Source: Eledone cirrhosa (lineage: Eukaryota). Taken from it: a DNA stretch of 64,000 nucleotides. The notes under the pieces are model-generated. The model saw nothing but the letters and a program-made list of their open reading frames with translations. It did no database searches and had not been told where the DNA came from. The stretch covers positions 29,140,001 to 29,204,000 of the forward strand of contig OZ024763.1 of the NCBI GenBank assembly GCA_964016885.1, in the 5' to 3' direction. Positions 1-12,802 of this stretch are shown one piece after another. Position numbers and translations under genes: made by a program. How positions within the stretch are numbered: position 1 is the stretch's first letter; each line of letters opens with the position of its first letter.

Positions 1-1245
1 TGGTGGTGAGGTGGTGGTAGTGGTGGAGTTGTTGGGTTCGGTGGTGGTGGTGGTGGTGGTAGTGTTAGTGGTGGAGTTGTTGGGTCTGGTGGTGTGGTGG
101 TGGTGGTGTTGGTGGTGGTAGTGGTAGTGGTGGTGGTGGAGTTGTTGTGTCTGATGGTAGTGGTGGTGGTAGTGGTGGAGTTGTTGGGTTCGGTGGTGTG
201 GTGGTGGTGGTAGTGTTAGTGGTGGAGTTGTTGGGTCTGGTGGTGTGGTGGTGGTGGTGTTGGTGGTGGTAGTGGTAGTGGTGGTGGTGGTGGAGTTGTT
301 GTGTCTGATGGTAGTGGTGGTGGTGGAGTTGTTGGGTCTGGTGGTGTGGTGGTGTTGGTGGTGGTAGTGGTAGTGGTGGTGGTGGAGTTGTTGTGTCTGA
401 TGGTAGTGGTGGTGGTAGTGGTGGAGTTGTTGGGTTCGGTGGTGTGGTGGTGGTGGTAGTGTTAGTGGTGGAGTTGTTGGGTCTGGTGGTGTGGTGGTGG
501 TGGTGTTGGTGGTGGTAGTGGTAGTGGTGGTGGTGGTGGAGTTGTTGTGTCTGATGGTAGTGGTGGTGGTGGAGTTGTTGGGTCTGGTGGTGTGGTGGTG
601 GTGGTTTTTTGTGGCAATGGGCTCGATAGTGTTGTTGTTGTTAGTGTTGGGGTTGGTGTTGGAGACGAAATTGTAGATTTTGGTGCTAGTGGTGTTGACA
701 GTGTTGTTGTTGTTGGTGGCGGTGGTGTTGGTGACGTTGTTGGTGGTGTTGTGGTATTGTTGGGGACACTTTTGTCGACTTTGGTGGTGTTGTTGCTGTT
801 GTTGTTCTTGGTGGTGGTGGTGTGGTACTGATGGAGATGTCGTGTCTGTAATGAAAAGTGTACTTCGATTCTGTTATTGCTATTGTTGTTGGTGTTGTTG
901 CTTTCGGTGATGGTGGTGGTGATGGTGTCCCTGTAATCAAAGGTGTATTTCGATTCTGCTTGTTGTTGCTGCTGTTGTTGTTGTTGTTGGTGGTGGTGTG
1001 GTTGTGGTGGTGTTGGTGGCGGAGTTGTAGATTTTGGTGGAATGTGGTTTTGTTGTTGTTGTTGTTGTTGGTGGTGTTCTGATGGTGTTGGGGGAGGAGT
1101 TGTTGATTTTAGTGGCGGAGTTGTTGTTGCTGGTGGGGTTGGTGGTGGTGGTGGTGTTGTTCTGATGGTGTTGGGGGCGGAGTTGTAGATTTTAGTGGCG
1201 GAGTTGTTGTTGGTGTTGTTCTTGGTGGTGGTGGTGGTGGTGTGC
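1..1245. repeat. (GGT/GTT)n-rich low-complexity minisatellite
   Basis: Recurrent units such as gtggagttgttgggtctggtggtgtgg and gagttgttgtgtctgatggtag within (GGT)n. Confidence 0.9.
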
Positions 1246-1537
1246 CTGTAATGAAAGATGTACCTCAATGTTGTTTGCTGTTGATATTGTTGCTTGGTGG
1301 GGACGGTGATAGTGAATCTGTGTGTGTTTATGTGCGTGTGTGTGTGTGTGTGTGCGCGTATTGTTGGATGAGAGGGGAACTATGGTTGAGTGGATATGTA
1401 TGTATGTATCTATGTAGGGGAGGCGGGGTCGGATTTGAAGAATTCCGTATCAAGTCATGCATAACATATTCACTGGATCTATTTATCATTCCTGATAGTT
1501 CACCATATTTAGTGGATTTATGTACTATATAGTAACA

Positions 1538-1686
<149 letters not shown>

Positions 1687-1689
1687 TAG

Positions 1690-1975
1690 AGAGGGGCGAA
1701 TGACATTGTCGTGAAAACAACGGATAGAATGCTTTTGGAGGTAAAAGTTTGGCATTTTGTATGCCCTAAGTTCAAATTCCGGTGAAATCATCTTTACTAT
1801 ATTATTATTTAGGGGTCGATACAATAAAGTATTTAGGTTGTGAAATTCACAGAATCCTTAGAACATTGGGCAGAATGCGCTAGGTGTATTGGTTCCGGCT
1901 CGCTGTTCATTCCGAGTTGAAATCCTGCTAAAGGTAACTTTGTTTTATTAAATGACTCGATAAATAAATTCGTCG
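1690..1975 (+). mobile_element. Two decayed copies of the tRNA-derived SINE
   Basis: agttcaaattcc...ggggtcgatacaataaagta and gagttgaaatcctgctaaaggtaactttg...tcgataaa match the better-preserved SINE at 7071. Confidence 0.5.
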
Positions 1976-2994
1976 AACTGATAATGTCATTATTTTTTCT
2001 GGCCATATTAGAAAAACAAGAAATCCGACCCTCCCCAAATATAGCAATATCTTTTTTAACACACGATTTCATATAAAAAACCTTGCAGAATAAAATCATC
2101 GCTGATAGATGGATAGATAAAGAGAGGTAGGGGATTGTCGCACAAGTAAGTCAACAGTTAATCACAAGGGAGCGCGTAGCGTTACAGCAATAAGAAATAG
2201 TAAATTTGCACGCGGTCAAAAGTGAAACATGTGTAAGGAACGAATAAAAGCATATAACTTCCTCATCAGCCACTATCTGGGTAATGTAATTTCGTGCATA
2301 AGCATAAGGTGAGTATTGCAGGAAATTGAGCCCAGATTCGTTCATGGTTGTTGTTAAATGGTTGTTGTTAATTATTATAGTGGGTTATTGAAATTTAAGA
2401 AAAATTTAAGAAATACAAAAAAGACAAAAAGAAGATAGATTTATCCCTGAAAGAAATGTCATAAAAAATATGTTTGAAATAAAAAAAATACATGCAATTG
2501 ATTTAACAACTTGGCTGCCATCTTTTTTTTTATTTTATTTTATTTCCCGGGCAACACGGGGTATTCTTTTAATCTTTCAAAAACATATGTATATATATAC
2601 AAGATGACCATAAAAACACTCTTGATTATAGCATTGATATTTGCCGAGCAACAAAGGGGTCACACAGCTAGTGTCTATGATATCAGCCTATACCACATGA
2701 AACTTTGTTAGTTTATACAACTGTAGCCAATAATATCGTAAGAATATTTCAATTAAATGTTCATGTTATAAGTATTTGAAATCAAGGAGTGTTTGTGTGG
2801 TCACACTACAGTTGAGCTCGGTATTCGTAGGGGTTACGTTCCAAGAACATCCGCGAAGAGTGAAAAACCGGGAATATTAGACATTGTCCATAAAAACGGC
2901 TACAAAAGTCAAAACATAACGTACAATATAGGCCGGCAAATATCATATTATAACTATTTGCAACCAAGGAATGTTTTTGTGGTCTCGCTGTATA

Positions 2995-3345
2995 CAGTTT
3001 TCCCCCAGTATTCGCGGCCGTTACGTTGCTAGAGCACCCGCGTATAGTGAAAAACCGCGAATATTGGACGTGGCCCATGAAAATGTCTATAAACGTCAAA
3101 ATATAACGTAAAATATAGGCGGGAAAATACGGTATATTGTTATTAATAATTTAGCGTTAAAAAGCATGAAAAAATATATATTGACATGAAAAAGAAAAGA
3201 CATGAAATAATCGCGGAATTTATTTACGATTCCGCGAATATGCAGTGGTTTCCACGAACAATTATTAGTTAGTTTCTAAGGAAAATTCCGCGAATAACTG
3301 GACCAGCGACTGTCAGACCCGCGAATACGGGGGGAGGGTACACTG
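2995..3345. mobile_element. Tigger/pogo-like (Tc1/mariner superfamily) MITE
   Basis: TA|CAGTTTTCCCCCAGTATTCGCGG at the left and CCGCGAATACGGGGGGAGGGTACACTG|TA at the right are imperfect TIRs with a TA target duplication. An extra left end lies at 2809. Confidence 0.65.
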
Positions 3346-3381
3346 TATTATAGTCAGACAGAGTCAATAAAAATTGCCTAC

Positions 3382-3545
3382 CTGATCGATGTTCGACGAA
3401 TGTCCACAGGTAAATATCCATAACGAAAACGATAATATGTAAAAGTTCAATAGAAAAAAGTCAACTGTCACCACAGTAAAAGCGACAAAATGGCGGAGTT
3501 GGAAGAACACCATATTAAATGCCTTGTGGTATTTGATCCCTCCTT
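3382..3545 (-). CDS. Putative host-gene exon (hydrophobic, signal- or TM-like peptide GGIKYHKAFNMVFFQLRHFVAFTVVTVDFFLLNFYILSFSLWIFTCGHSSNIDQ)
   Basis: Minus-strand acceptor ttacttctcttttcAG, donor CAG|GTAGGC, and an open frame across 164 bp of unique sequence. Confidence 0.4.
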
Positions 3546-3714
3546 CTGAAAAGAGAAGTAACATTATACTTTACAATATATAACTAGTAACAATTATAAA
3601 CACATATATAACTACATGAAACACACACACGTGTGTATGTGTGCGCATATTATATATTTTATATACATTTTATAAGTATGTATATTGTTGTGTGTATATA
3701 TATATTATATATAT

Positions 3715-3823
3715 AACGAAGGAAATGTGGTAACGAACCAGGTGGACCATAACGCACCAAAGTACAGTCCAGAATTAGCCGTCGAAACGGCTTGAGCTCA
3801 GCCGTCGGGGTCCTACTCGTTCC

Positions 3824-3828
<5 letters not shown>
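3715..3828. mobile_element. Mini-element family A copy (inverted tail plus hammerhead 3' half)
   Basis: Near-identical to 22640-22835 and 29048-29215; flanked by (TA)n. Confidence 0.75.
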
Positions 3829-3899
<71 letters not shown>

Positions 3900-4006
3900 T
3901 ATTTTCCGTTGTGTTGTAATATAAATATTACACACAGTAGATTATCAGCTCACGTAGAGTTTGCTCGACGGTTCCAGTTGTAGTTCCAAAAGTAATCCGG
4001 AGAAAA

Positions 4007-4380
4007 ATAGAAAGATTTGAATGGATACAGTTTAGTTGAAAGGAATTTATTGACACGTGTTTCTATAACAGTTACATAACCTAAAACAGCTGCTATCTAC
4101 AAACTTTTAGTTATGCAGACATTCAATATTTCAATGTTATTATTTACTGTCATTTCATCAGAATAATATTACTGAGGACCTATTTACTTTTTATAGAGAA
4201 TATTAGGAGGGAGGGGTGAAGTTGTTAGAAGAATAGTTGAAGGAGTGGTTTTTCGATAGCAGTGAGAATTCTTGGTGGCAGTGAGTAATTAGATTCCCAT
4301 CTGTTGTTTTGACATTTTTTATAGAATATATTATTGGTTATTTTTCTAAATCTATAGAAGGATTAGAGATAGTAAAGATA
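4007..4380 (-). repeat. Inverted pseudo-LTR copy (left arm)
   Basis: Reverse complement of 6525-6898 with few mismatches. Confidence 0.92.
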
Positions 4381-5627
4381 AGAATAAATCTAGAGATAGT
4401 AAAGATAAGAATAAATCTAGAGATAATAAAGATAAGAATAAATCTAAGTTTATCCAGTTTGATATCGATGAATATTACTCATCGATATCACCTGAAACTT
4501 TGAATAGAGCCATTAAGTTTGCTATGGATAACTCTGACCTTACAAACGATGAAATTAAGATTATATTAGAAGCTAGGAAAACTATAGTCAAATTTGAGAA
4601 CAGTTATTGGGTACGTAAAGATAGACCCTCTAACTTTGAGATAACAATGGGCTCTAACGATTCGGCGGAAATAACTGATATTGTGGGGTTATTTATCGCC
4701 TTTAGACTCCAGGAAAAATTCAGCAATCTCCACGGCGGAATATACAATCAAAACACCCAAAATAAATCCCACATAGGTAGATATAATAACACAACACCAA
4801 ACCACACTTACTACCATAGTATGCACACCAGTAAACCAACAAACAAAACTAATAGAAAGCGATGCAAAGAGTACTTATGGTATAACCCCGAATACAATAG
4901 TTCCATTAGTACAAATTTACCAGTACTCTTCTTTAAAATAATTAAAAGACATTTTCCCACATCACACAAATACCACAAAATCCTAAACCCTACCACTATA
5001 AGACTGTCATACTCTACAGCGTTAAACCTTGAACAACACATAAAAAAGATCAATACTAGAAGGTTAAACGAAAACACTAAGAACTTAAGTACAAAGAACA
5101 CAAAAAAAACAGTAGACAATACACTACAGAACATAAATAAACCACACCTAAGTTCGTCCGCAATACTACTCCAGAGAAAACCCAACGTACACAACTGTAA
5201 CTGCACCTATCCTGACAACTGCCCCCTCGGCAATAACTGCCTGGAAAAAAATATTATTTGTAAGTGTACCATTAAATCCGGAGGCAACGAGTGGTATTAC
5301 GTGGGATCAACGGCAACATCGTTTAAATCTCGATTGTATAGGCATTCTTACTCAATAAAACACCAGAGCCAAAGAAATGTAACAACTTTAGCAGAAAAAG
5401 CTTGGACGCTCAGGGATAGCGATCAAAAGTTTACCCTAAAATGGGAGAAATTAGCTAAAACCCAAAGCTTTTCCAGGAGCCAAAATTTCTGCAAATTGTG
5501 TAATCTTGAGATTTATTACATAATCACACACAAGAAGAAACTGCTGAATAACAGAATTGAACGAACATTATTCTGCCGTCACAGAACTAAAACCCTTTTT
5601 TCCCACTACAAGCCGAATATTACATAA
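4350..5627 (+). pseudogene. Penelope-like RT/GIY-YIG polyprotein, truncated and internally deleted (resembles Naiad/Chlamys-type PLE proteins)
   Basis: The frame is open from 4350 and includes FIQFDIDEYYSSIS (RT motif A, upstream of the track start at 4500), FEITMGSNDSAEITDIVG, YLWYNPEY...RHFP...KILN, CNC..CPL...C, YYVGST..FKSRLYRH and CKLCNLE. The RDD expected after GGIY is absent. Confidence 0.85.
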
Positions 5628-5936
5628 AAGAGGGACATCCCCCAACTATATAAACCTTAATCTAGTTAGAAAAATATAAAAACAATCTCTTCTCAACATA
5701 TATTAATAACCTTAAATTACCACACTAATAATGGAAAGATATGCTGATGAGAATAGGTGCAAATATGCGATAATGAATGTGTCTAAAAACGTCCATAAGT
5801 ATGTATATATTTGTGAAAATGTATATAAATAAGTAAATATATATATATGTTTGATGTGTATAGTTAGATGTAAGTGTATTCATGTATTAAAGTGCTTATA
5901 TATATATATGTATATATATATGTATATATGTATGTG

Positions 5937-6179
<243 letters not shown>

Positions 6180-6524
6180 GTATGTAGATGTGTATGTATG
6201 TGTATGTGTGTACACATGGACTAGAGTAAGTATGTATATATGTGTGTGTCTATACGTGTGTATATAAAGATAAGTTGAGTATGAAAATGTATACACATGA
6301 GCGCGTATGTATGTACATGAATACATGTGTGTATATATATGTGTATGCATGTGTATATATATGTAAGTATGAATATGTGAATTGTGAGTATATGTATTTT
6401 GTAGAGGTGTGCAAATATATTTGTGTGTGAATGCGTGGGTGAAAGGATACGTACACTTGAAAGAAAAAAAAAAAAAATTTAAGTCTGAATGTTAATTAAG
6501 TGCAAACACAAAACCAACCACGCA

Positions 6525-6892
6525 TATCTTTACTATCTCTAATCATTCTATAGATTTAGAAAAATAACCAATAATATATTCTATAAAAAATGTCAAAACA
6601 ACAGATGGGAATCTAATTACTCACTGCCACCAAGAATTCTCACTGCTATCGAAAAACCACTCCTTCAACTATTCTTCTAACAACTTCACCCCTCCCTCCT
6701 AATATTCTCTATAAAAACTAAATAGGTCCTCAGTAATATTATTCTGATGAAATGACAGTAAATAATAACATTGAAATATTGAATGTCTGCATAACTAAAA
6801 GTTTGTAGATAGCAGCTGTTTTAGGTTATGTAACTGTTATAGAAACACGTGTCAATAAATTCCTTTCAACTAAACTGTATCCATTCAAATCT

Positions 6893-6898
<6 letters not shown>
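6525..6898 (+). repeat. Pseudo-LTR (right arm) with hammerhead-like motifs
   Basis: Contains CTGATGA-AATG..CATT-GAAATATTG (6744-6781) and GAAACACGTGTC-AATAAA (6842-6859). Confidence 0.85.
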
Positions 6899-6965
<67 letters not shown>

Positions 6966-7070
6966 CAATGTATATCCATTTACATACGTCTCTAAGCTAC
7001 GAAGAATTTGGGAATGTTTAAAAATTTGAAAATTTGAAATTTATTTGCCTCAATAACATTCAATATTAGA

Positions 7071-7247
7071 GATTGGCAGTATCGGTAGAGAGTCGGACGC
7101 CATGCTTTGCAGCATAGTTACGTCCCTTTACGATCTGATTTCAAATCCCGCTGAGGTTGACTTTGCCTTTCATCCCTACGGGGTCGATAAAATAAAGTAC
7201 CAGTAATGCACTGGTGAATTGCTGGCCTTGTGCCTAAAGTAGAAACA
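7071..7247 (+). mobile_element. tRNA-derived SINE (about 180-200 bp, main family in this window)
   Basis: A-box-like tggcagtatcggtag, B-box-like ttcaaatcc, core tttgcctttcatcc..cggggtcgataaaataaagtaccag, and 3' end ccttgtgcctaaagtagaaac. More than a dozen copies or fragments occur in the window. Confidence 0.85.
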
Positions 7248-7326
7248 AATATTAGACAAATACTCGTGATACAAGAGTCCTTTCGGTTCCTCTAATATTT
7301 CACATATAACAATGGAAACATCAATT

Positions 7327-7372
<46 letters not shown>

Positions 7373-7532
7373 TAAGTGTGTGTGAGAGAGTGTATGAGTG
7401 TATATATGCATACATATATACATACGCACACTGTGCAATCATTCATACACACAACCAAGGAATCGAACCCACCACATTATGATCGTAAGTCTAACACTTT
7501 TATCACTCCACACACACACACATATGTATATA

Positions 7533-7620
7533 TGATTTGAACTCAGACCGCAAAGGGACGTAACAATGCTGGAAAGCATGGCGTCCAACCCTCTACCGAT
7601 ACTGCCAATCCACCGCCCTT
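7533..7620 (-). mobile_element. SINE 5' half
   Basis: Reverse complement of the SINE head (gatttgaactcag...ccgatactgccaatccaccgcc). Confidence 0.75.
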
Positions 7621-7921
7621 ATATATGTATATATATATAAAATAATAATAATACTAATAATAAATGTGAAGACTAAAATCCGAAGAGGGCTCGATAAGGA
7701 TTATATATATATAAATATATATAAAAACCGTAGAGCAAATATTTATTAATATTTATATATATATACATATATTTTACACACATCTCTCTCTCTCTCTCTC
7801 TTTATATATATATATATATACAGAGAGAAAGAGAAAGGGAGAGAGAGAGAGATAGATGTGTAAAATCCCGGCCGCGGTGCCTAGGTTTCGGCTTGTGTGT
7901 GATATATCTAATTATACATAT

Positions 7922-8006
<85 letters not shown>

Positions 8007-8671
8007 TGTGTGTGTGTGTGTATGTGTGTGTCACCGGTTATTCCCATTGTATTGTGGTATCACAACGTGACAAAAGAAATCACATGGTGTGATACCCAGT
8101 CAACAATAAAGGTCGCTACCCCGGGAGAAGCTGAGAAGCCGAGAAGTCGCCACGCCACGTACAAAAAAAGGGGTAAGAAGACAAAAAAAGACAAGAAAAA
8201 GTGGGATATGGTTATGCGACATAGATGGCTGTGGGTTAGGGAAGAGGAGAGGTGGTGATGGTTTGACAAAAGCCTGAGACATGTGACAGGTATGTAGCTA
8301 GGGAGGGAGGGCCCGGTAGAGGGCGGGAAGGGCAGAGGGGGTTCGTCTTACAACTGCATCTCTCCGTCCTTCACTAAACAACAATGGCTGACATTAGATT
8401 TTGCGGTCTTTTTTAATAGTCTTTATTTTTTCATGTTTTTTATTTCTTTTATATTATATTATATCATTATTGTTATTATTATTGGGATTTCATTGTTATA
8501 TTTTTTATATTTTTTTTATATTTTCATTGTTAATTTTTTTTTGTTATTGTGTATTTTTATTCGATTTTATTGTAACCCCCCCCCCCCCCCCGCACACACA
8601 CTGTCCCAGTCTTTGCATTGTCCCCTATATGTCGGCCCTTGTGGCCAACAAATGAAACCATTATAATTACT

Positions 8672-9268
8672 GTGGATTGGCAGTATCGGTAGAACGTCGG
8701 ACGCCATGCTTTCAAATCCCGTCGAGGTTAACTTTGCCTTTCATCCTTACAGGGTCGATAAAATAAAGTACCAGTAATGCACTGGGGTCAATTTAATCGA
8801 CTTCCCCTCCCCCAAATTACTGACCTTGTGCCTATACTAGAAATTATTATTATTATCACTATTATTGAATTGGCAGGATCGGTAAAGTGTCAGACGCCAT
8901 GCTTTGCAGCATAGAGTTATAGCTCTTTACGTTCTGGTTTCAAATCCCGCCAAGGTTAATTTTACCTTTCATCCGTACCGGGTCGATAAAATAAAGTACC
9001 AGTAATGCACTGGGGTTGATTTAATCGACTTTCCCCTCCCCCAAAATGACTGGCCTTGTGCCTATATAAGAAAACATTATTATTATTGAATTGGCAATCT
9101 CAGTATAGGGTGGGACGCCATGCTGTGCAGCATAGTGTTATAGCCCTTTACGTTTTTATTTCAATTCCCGCCGAGGTTAATTTTGCATTTTCTCCATACG
9201 AGATCGATAAAATTAAGTACCAGTAATACACTGCATTAATCTCTGGCCTTGTGCCAAAAGTAGAAACA
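8672..9268 (+). mobile_element. Head-to-tail trimer of the SINE
   Basis: Three copies (about 8672-8843, 8868-9076, 9087-9268) separated by (ATT)n tails. Confidence 0.85.
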
Positions 9269-10107
9269 ATTATTATTATTATTATTGGGGATTTTACTTT
9301 CTTATATATTTTTTATATTTTTGTATATTTTCATTGTTTTTTGTGTAGTTTTACTCGATTTTATAGTAAATCCCCCCTCCCATTGTCCCTGCCTTTGAAT
9401 TGCCCCCTATATCTCGGCCCTTGTGGCCAATAGATGAAGCCACTATTATTATCATTATTATGCTAGGTTCTCAAAACTGTATTTATCGCTGCAGGGGTCT
9501 ACTTCTCCTTTCTTCAGTCTTTCCTTTGTCTCTCTCCTTTCCTTTCTTCCCCTCTCACTTCATTACTGTTCTCTTCTCTGATTTTCTTACTTTCTTTTGT
9601 AAATCTATCTTGATTTTATTTAATCTAAATCTGTCCTTCTTTCTTCCTTTATTCGATATTAGTCTTTCTTTCCCGCCTTTCTCTTAACCCTACTTATTCT
9701 TTCTTTCTTAGCTTTTCTAATCAGTCACTAGTCGAAAGTTACACATTATCCTAATTATCTCCCTTTAGCGACCGCCATTTGAGGTAGGCTACACATTTAC
9801 TCAAACACGTGGCTTTCGTTGTGGTTTCTTACAGAGCAGCAAACTCCCTTTAGATTTTTTTTTTTTACTAAAGAAGAACAAAAATGATGTTTTTAAAGGG
9901 TCCACATCTGCCCCTTCAATATTAGTAAAGAAGGGAGCATTACAGTGACTATTGTGTGTGTATTTTTTATATATATATAATCTCATTGATAGTGATATTA
10001 GTTGAATGGGTTGACTTTGTAGCATTCATTTTTGCTCCTGCCTTGGGCACGACGCTAAATGCGAAGTTAAGGTCAGATAGATACACACACACACACACAC
10101 ACATACA

Positions 10108-10182
<75 letters not shown>

Positions 10183-10184
<2 letters not shown>

Positions 10185-10577
10185 AAGAGTTAAACAAAAT
10201 TCAATGAGTATATCAAAGAATGAGTTTTACAGTAGATTGGAAGCACTCTACGAAAAATAATTTTCCGGAGTTATTAATATTAGAATATAAATATTAATAA
10301 AATAGATGTTCTTTTGATCAATTACAGTTTATTATACATATTTCGGATGTACAACAGTACCTCCTCATCAGACAAAATATAATGATACAAGACATACCCT
10401 GAGATGTTAAATGGTTAAGATTTAATCACTACCTTGATTAAATCTTAACCATTTAACGTCTCAGGGTATGTCATGTATCATTATATTTTGTCTGATGAGG
10501 ACGTACTGTTGTACATCCGAATTATGTATAATAAACTGTAATTGATCAAAAGAACATCTATTTTATTAATATTTATA

Positions 10578-10586
<9 letters not shown>
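10183..10586. mobile_element. Fold-back mini-element with a hammerhead ribozyme motif in each arm
   Basis: Arms of about 152 bp (10277-10428 and 10435-10586) around a 6-nt loop, a one-sided tail at 10183-10276, and (TA)n flanks. Confidence 0.85.
10328..10377 (-). ncRNA. Minimal type I hammerhead ribozyme
   Basis: Minus strand reads UUUUGU-CUGAUGA-GGAGGUAC-UGUU-GUACAUCC-GAAA-UAUGUA-UA-AUAAA: conserved core, stem II, and stem I pairing. Confidence 0.7.
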
Positions 10587-10616
<30 letters not shown>

Positions 10617-10673
10617 AGGCTGATATATAGTTATATAGACAGGCACATAGTTAGATAGACACTATATATATAT

Positions 10674-11395
10674 TCGTAAAGATCTGAAGAGCCGTCTCTT
10701 CGTTGCTGTAGTGGAGTCTGTGCTGCTGTACGGGTCTGAGACTTGGACACTCACCAAGAAACTCACTCAGATGGTGGATGGGTGCTACACGAGAATGTTG
10801 AGGACGGCTCTGAACATTAATTAGTATTTACTGAGGATGAAGAACTCAGAGCTGTACGGGAGCCTCCCAAAAGTCAGCTCGAGAGTAGCTCAGAGGAGAC
10901 TGAGGTTAGCTGGACATGTTCACCGACATCCAGAGTTGACACTGCACTCAGTGCTCCTGTGGGAGCCCCTGCATGGACACACTGGAAGAGGGAGACCGAG
11001 GATATATATATATATAGTGACACAGAGGAGACTGAAGTTAGCTGGACAGGCTCACCGACATCCAGAGTTGACACAGCACTCATTGCTCCTGTGGGAGCCC
11101 CTGCACGGACACACTGGAAGAGGGAGACCGAGGATATATATATATATATAGTGACACAGAGGAGACTGAAGTTAGCTGGACATGCTCACCGACATCCAGA
11201 GTTGACACTGCACTCAGTGCTCCGGTGGAAGACCTTGCATGGACACACTGGAAGAGAGAGACCGAGGTTGACATGTGTTGATGCCCTAAGGACAGACACT
11301 GGTCTCTTGGAGACGCAGGTCATGGCAGCGAGGATGAGGGACAGAGACCGCTGGAGAAAAACTCGTCCATGGATCTCAGGAATTTTACCCGCCCT
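10674..11395 (+). pseudogene. RTE-clade LINE 3' fragment with an internal triplication
   Basis: Translates to VESVLLYGSETWTLTK...GCYTRMLR...RRLRLAGHVHRHPE...GRGRP, with an internal stop. An approximately 117-bp unit occurs three times, joined by (TA)n. Confidence 0.85.
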
Positions 11396-11405
11396 ATATA
11401 TATAG

Positions 11406-11452
<47 letters not shown>

Positions 11453-11604
11453 GAGATAGATATGCGAGACAAGCCACATCAGAAACACAAACTAACCATC
11501 TCAATCTTACTTTTGAAAATCTGTGAAACCGGTAAAGCAAATAAATAAATATTCTTAAAAGCCTCCAGTTGTATTTTCAATTTCTATACCTTATATATCG
11601 ACAT

Positions 11605-11810
11605 TCAATCGACTTTCGTCAAATCGGACCGAGCAAACAATGTTTCCATTGGTCTTTCCAATTGCGAATACTATCTATCTGTCGCAACTCTTGGTAGAAG
11701 GAGCAACGTGAAAGTAAGTGTCTTGCTCAAGAATATAATGCATCGTCCTGTACGGGAATCGATCTCACACACACACGATTGCGAATCCAGTTCTCTAACC
11801 ACTCAGCCAT
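11605..11810 (-). mobile_element. SINE-like element with tRNA head (second family)
   Basis: Minus-strand tggctgagtggttagag head and ttgagcaagacactt. A related copy lies at 23788-23922. Confidence 0.6.
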
Positions 11811-12064
11811 ATATATATATACATATATATAATTAGAAAGTGAACAACACAAAATATAACTACTCCATTACCAAAGGTTTCTGGATCACAGACGATAATA
11901 ATGTACGTCTGGGTCGTTCGTTAGACAGACATGTTATAGATAAAAGATATGAAATGAGATTTCTAATTAAATAGCTCTGTCCTATACATAGAGCACTCTT
12001 TTTTCCTTTGCTTTTCCTTACCTAATATTTATATCGTTGACTTTATACCAGCTCTTCGTTAAAT

Positions 12065-12095
<31 letters not shown>

Positions 12096-12347
12096 TTAAA
12101 TATTTGAAAAGCATTAGAAATGCGCAACCGGTAAAAACTTCAAACTAAAACTGAATACTAACCAATACTTATTACTAATTAAACTATTTTTCACTGGGAA
12201 AAATTTGTCAGCATTTTCTTTTCCGTTTACTTATATATATATATATACATATACATATTTCAAGGGCCACCAAGGCAAATTATGGTGCGCTTTCATCAGA
12301 TAAAATACAGATTTGTTTTATAAATAAATATTGACATACCCGGAAAA

Positions 12348-12453
<106 letters not shown>

Positions 12454-12499
12454 CACCATTCTATATCTTCTTACCTATACGTATAAGTATTACAGTTTG

Positions 12500-12610
12500 T
12501 AGGAAATACTCGTGGCCTAATGTACATAGTTTCTATTCCCAAATAGGCTGGGGCATCGTGTCCTTGAGCAAGTCACTTGATGTCACGTTGCCCCTGTACA
12601 TTCAGCAAGA
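12500..12610 (+). mobile_element. Decayed tRNA-SINE head
   Basis: gtggcctaatg...gtgtccttgagcaagtcactt. Confidence 0.5.
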
Positions 12611-12740
12611 TAAGTAGATCGATATATTGATTTCAAAATGCGATTGTGAGTGTATGCATACATAAATGTGATAATGTCCATGTGTCTGCGCAAGTGTGTA
12701 TATGTATGAGTTTATCAGCTGATGCATACATATTTGTATG

Positions 12741-12802
<62 letters not shown>

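Noticed and set aside
462-1268. Pro/Thr/Gln-rich mucin-like ORF
   Set aside because: Arises from (GGT)n/(GTT)n low complexity; no domain or splice support.
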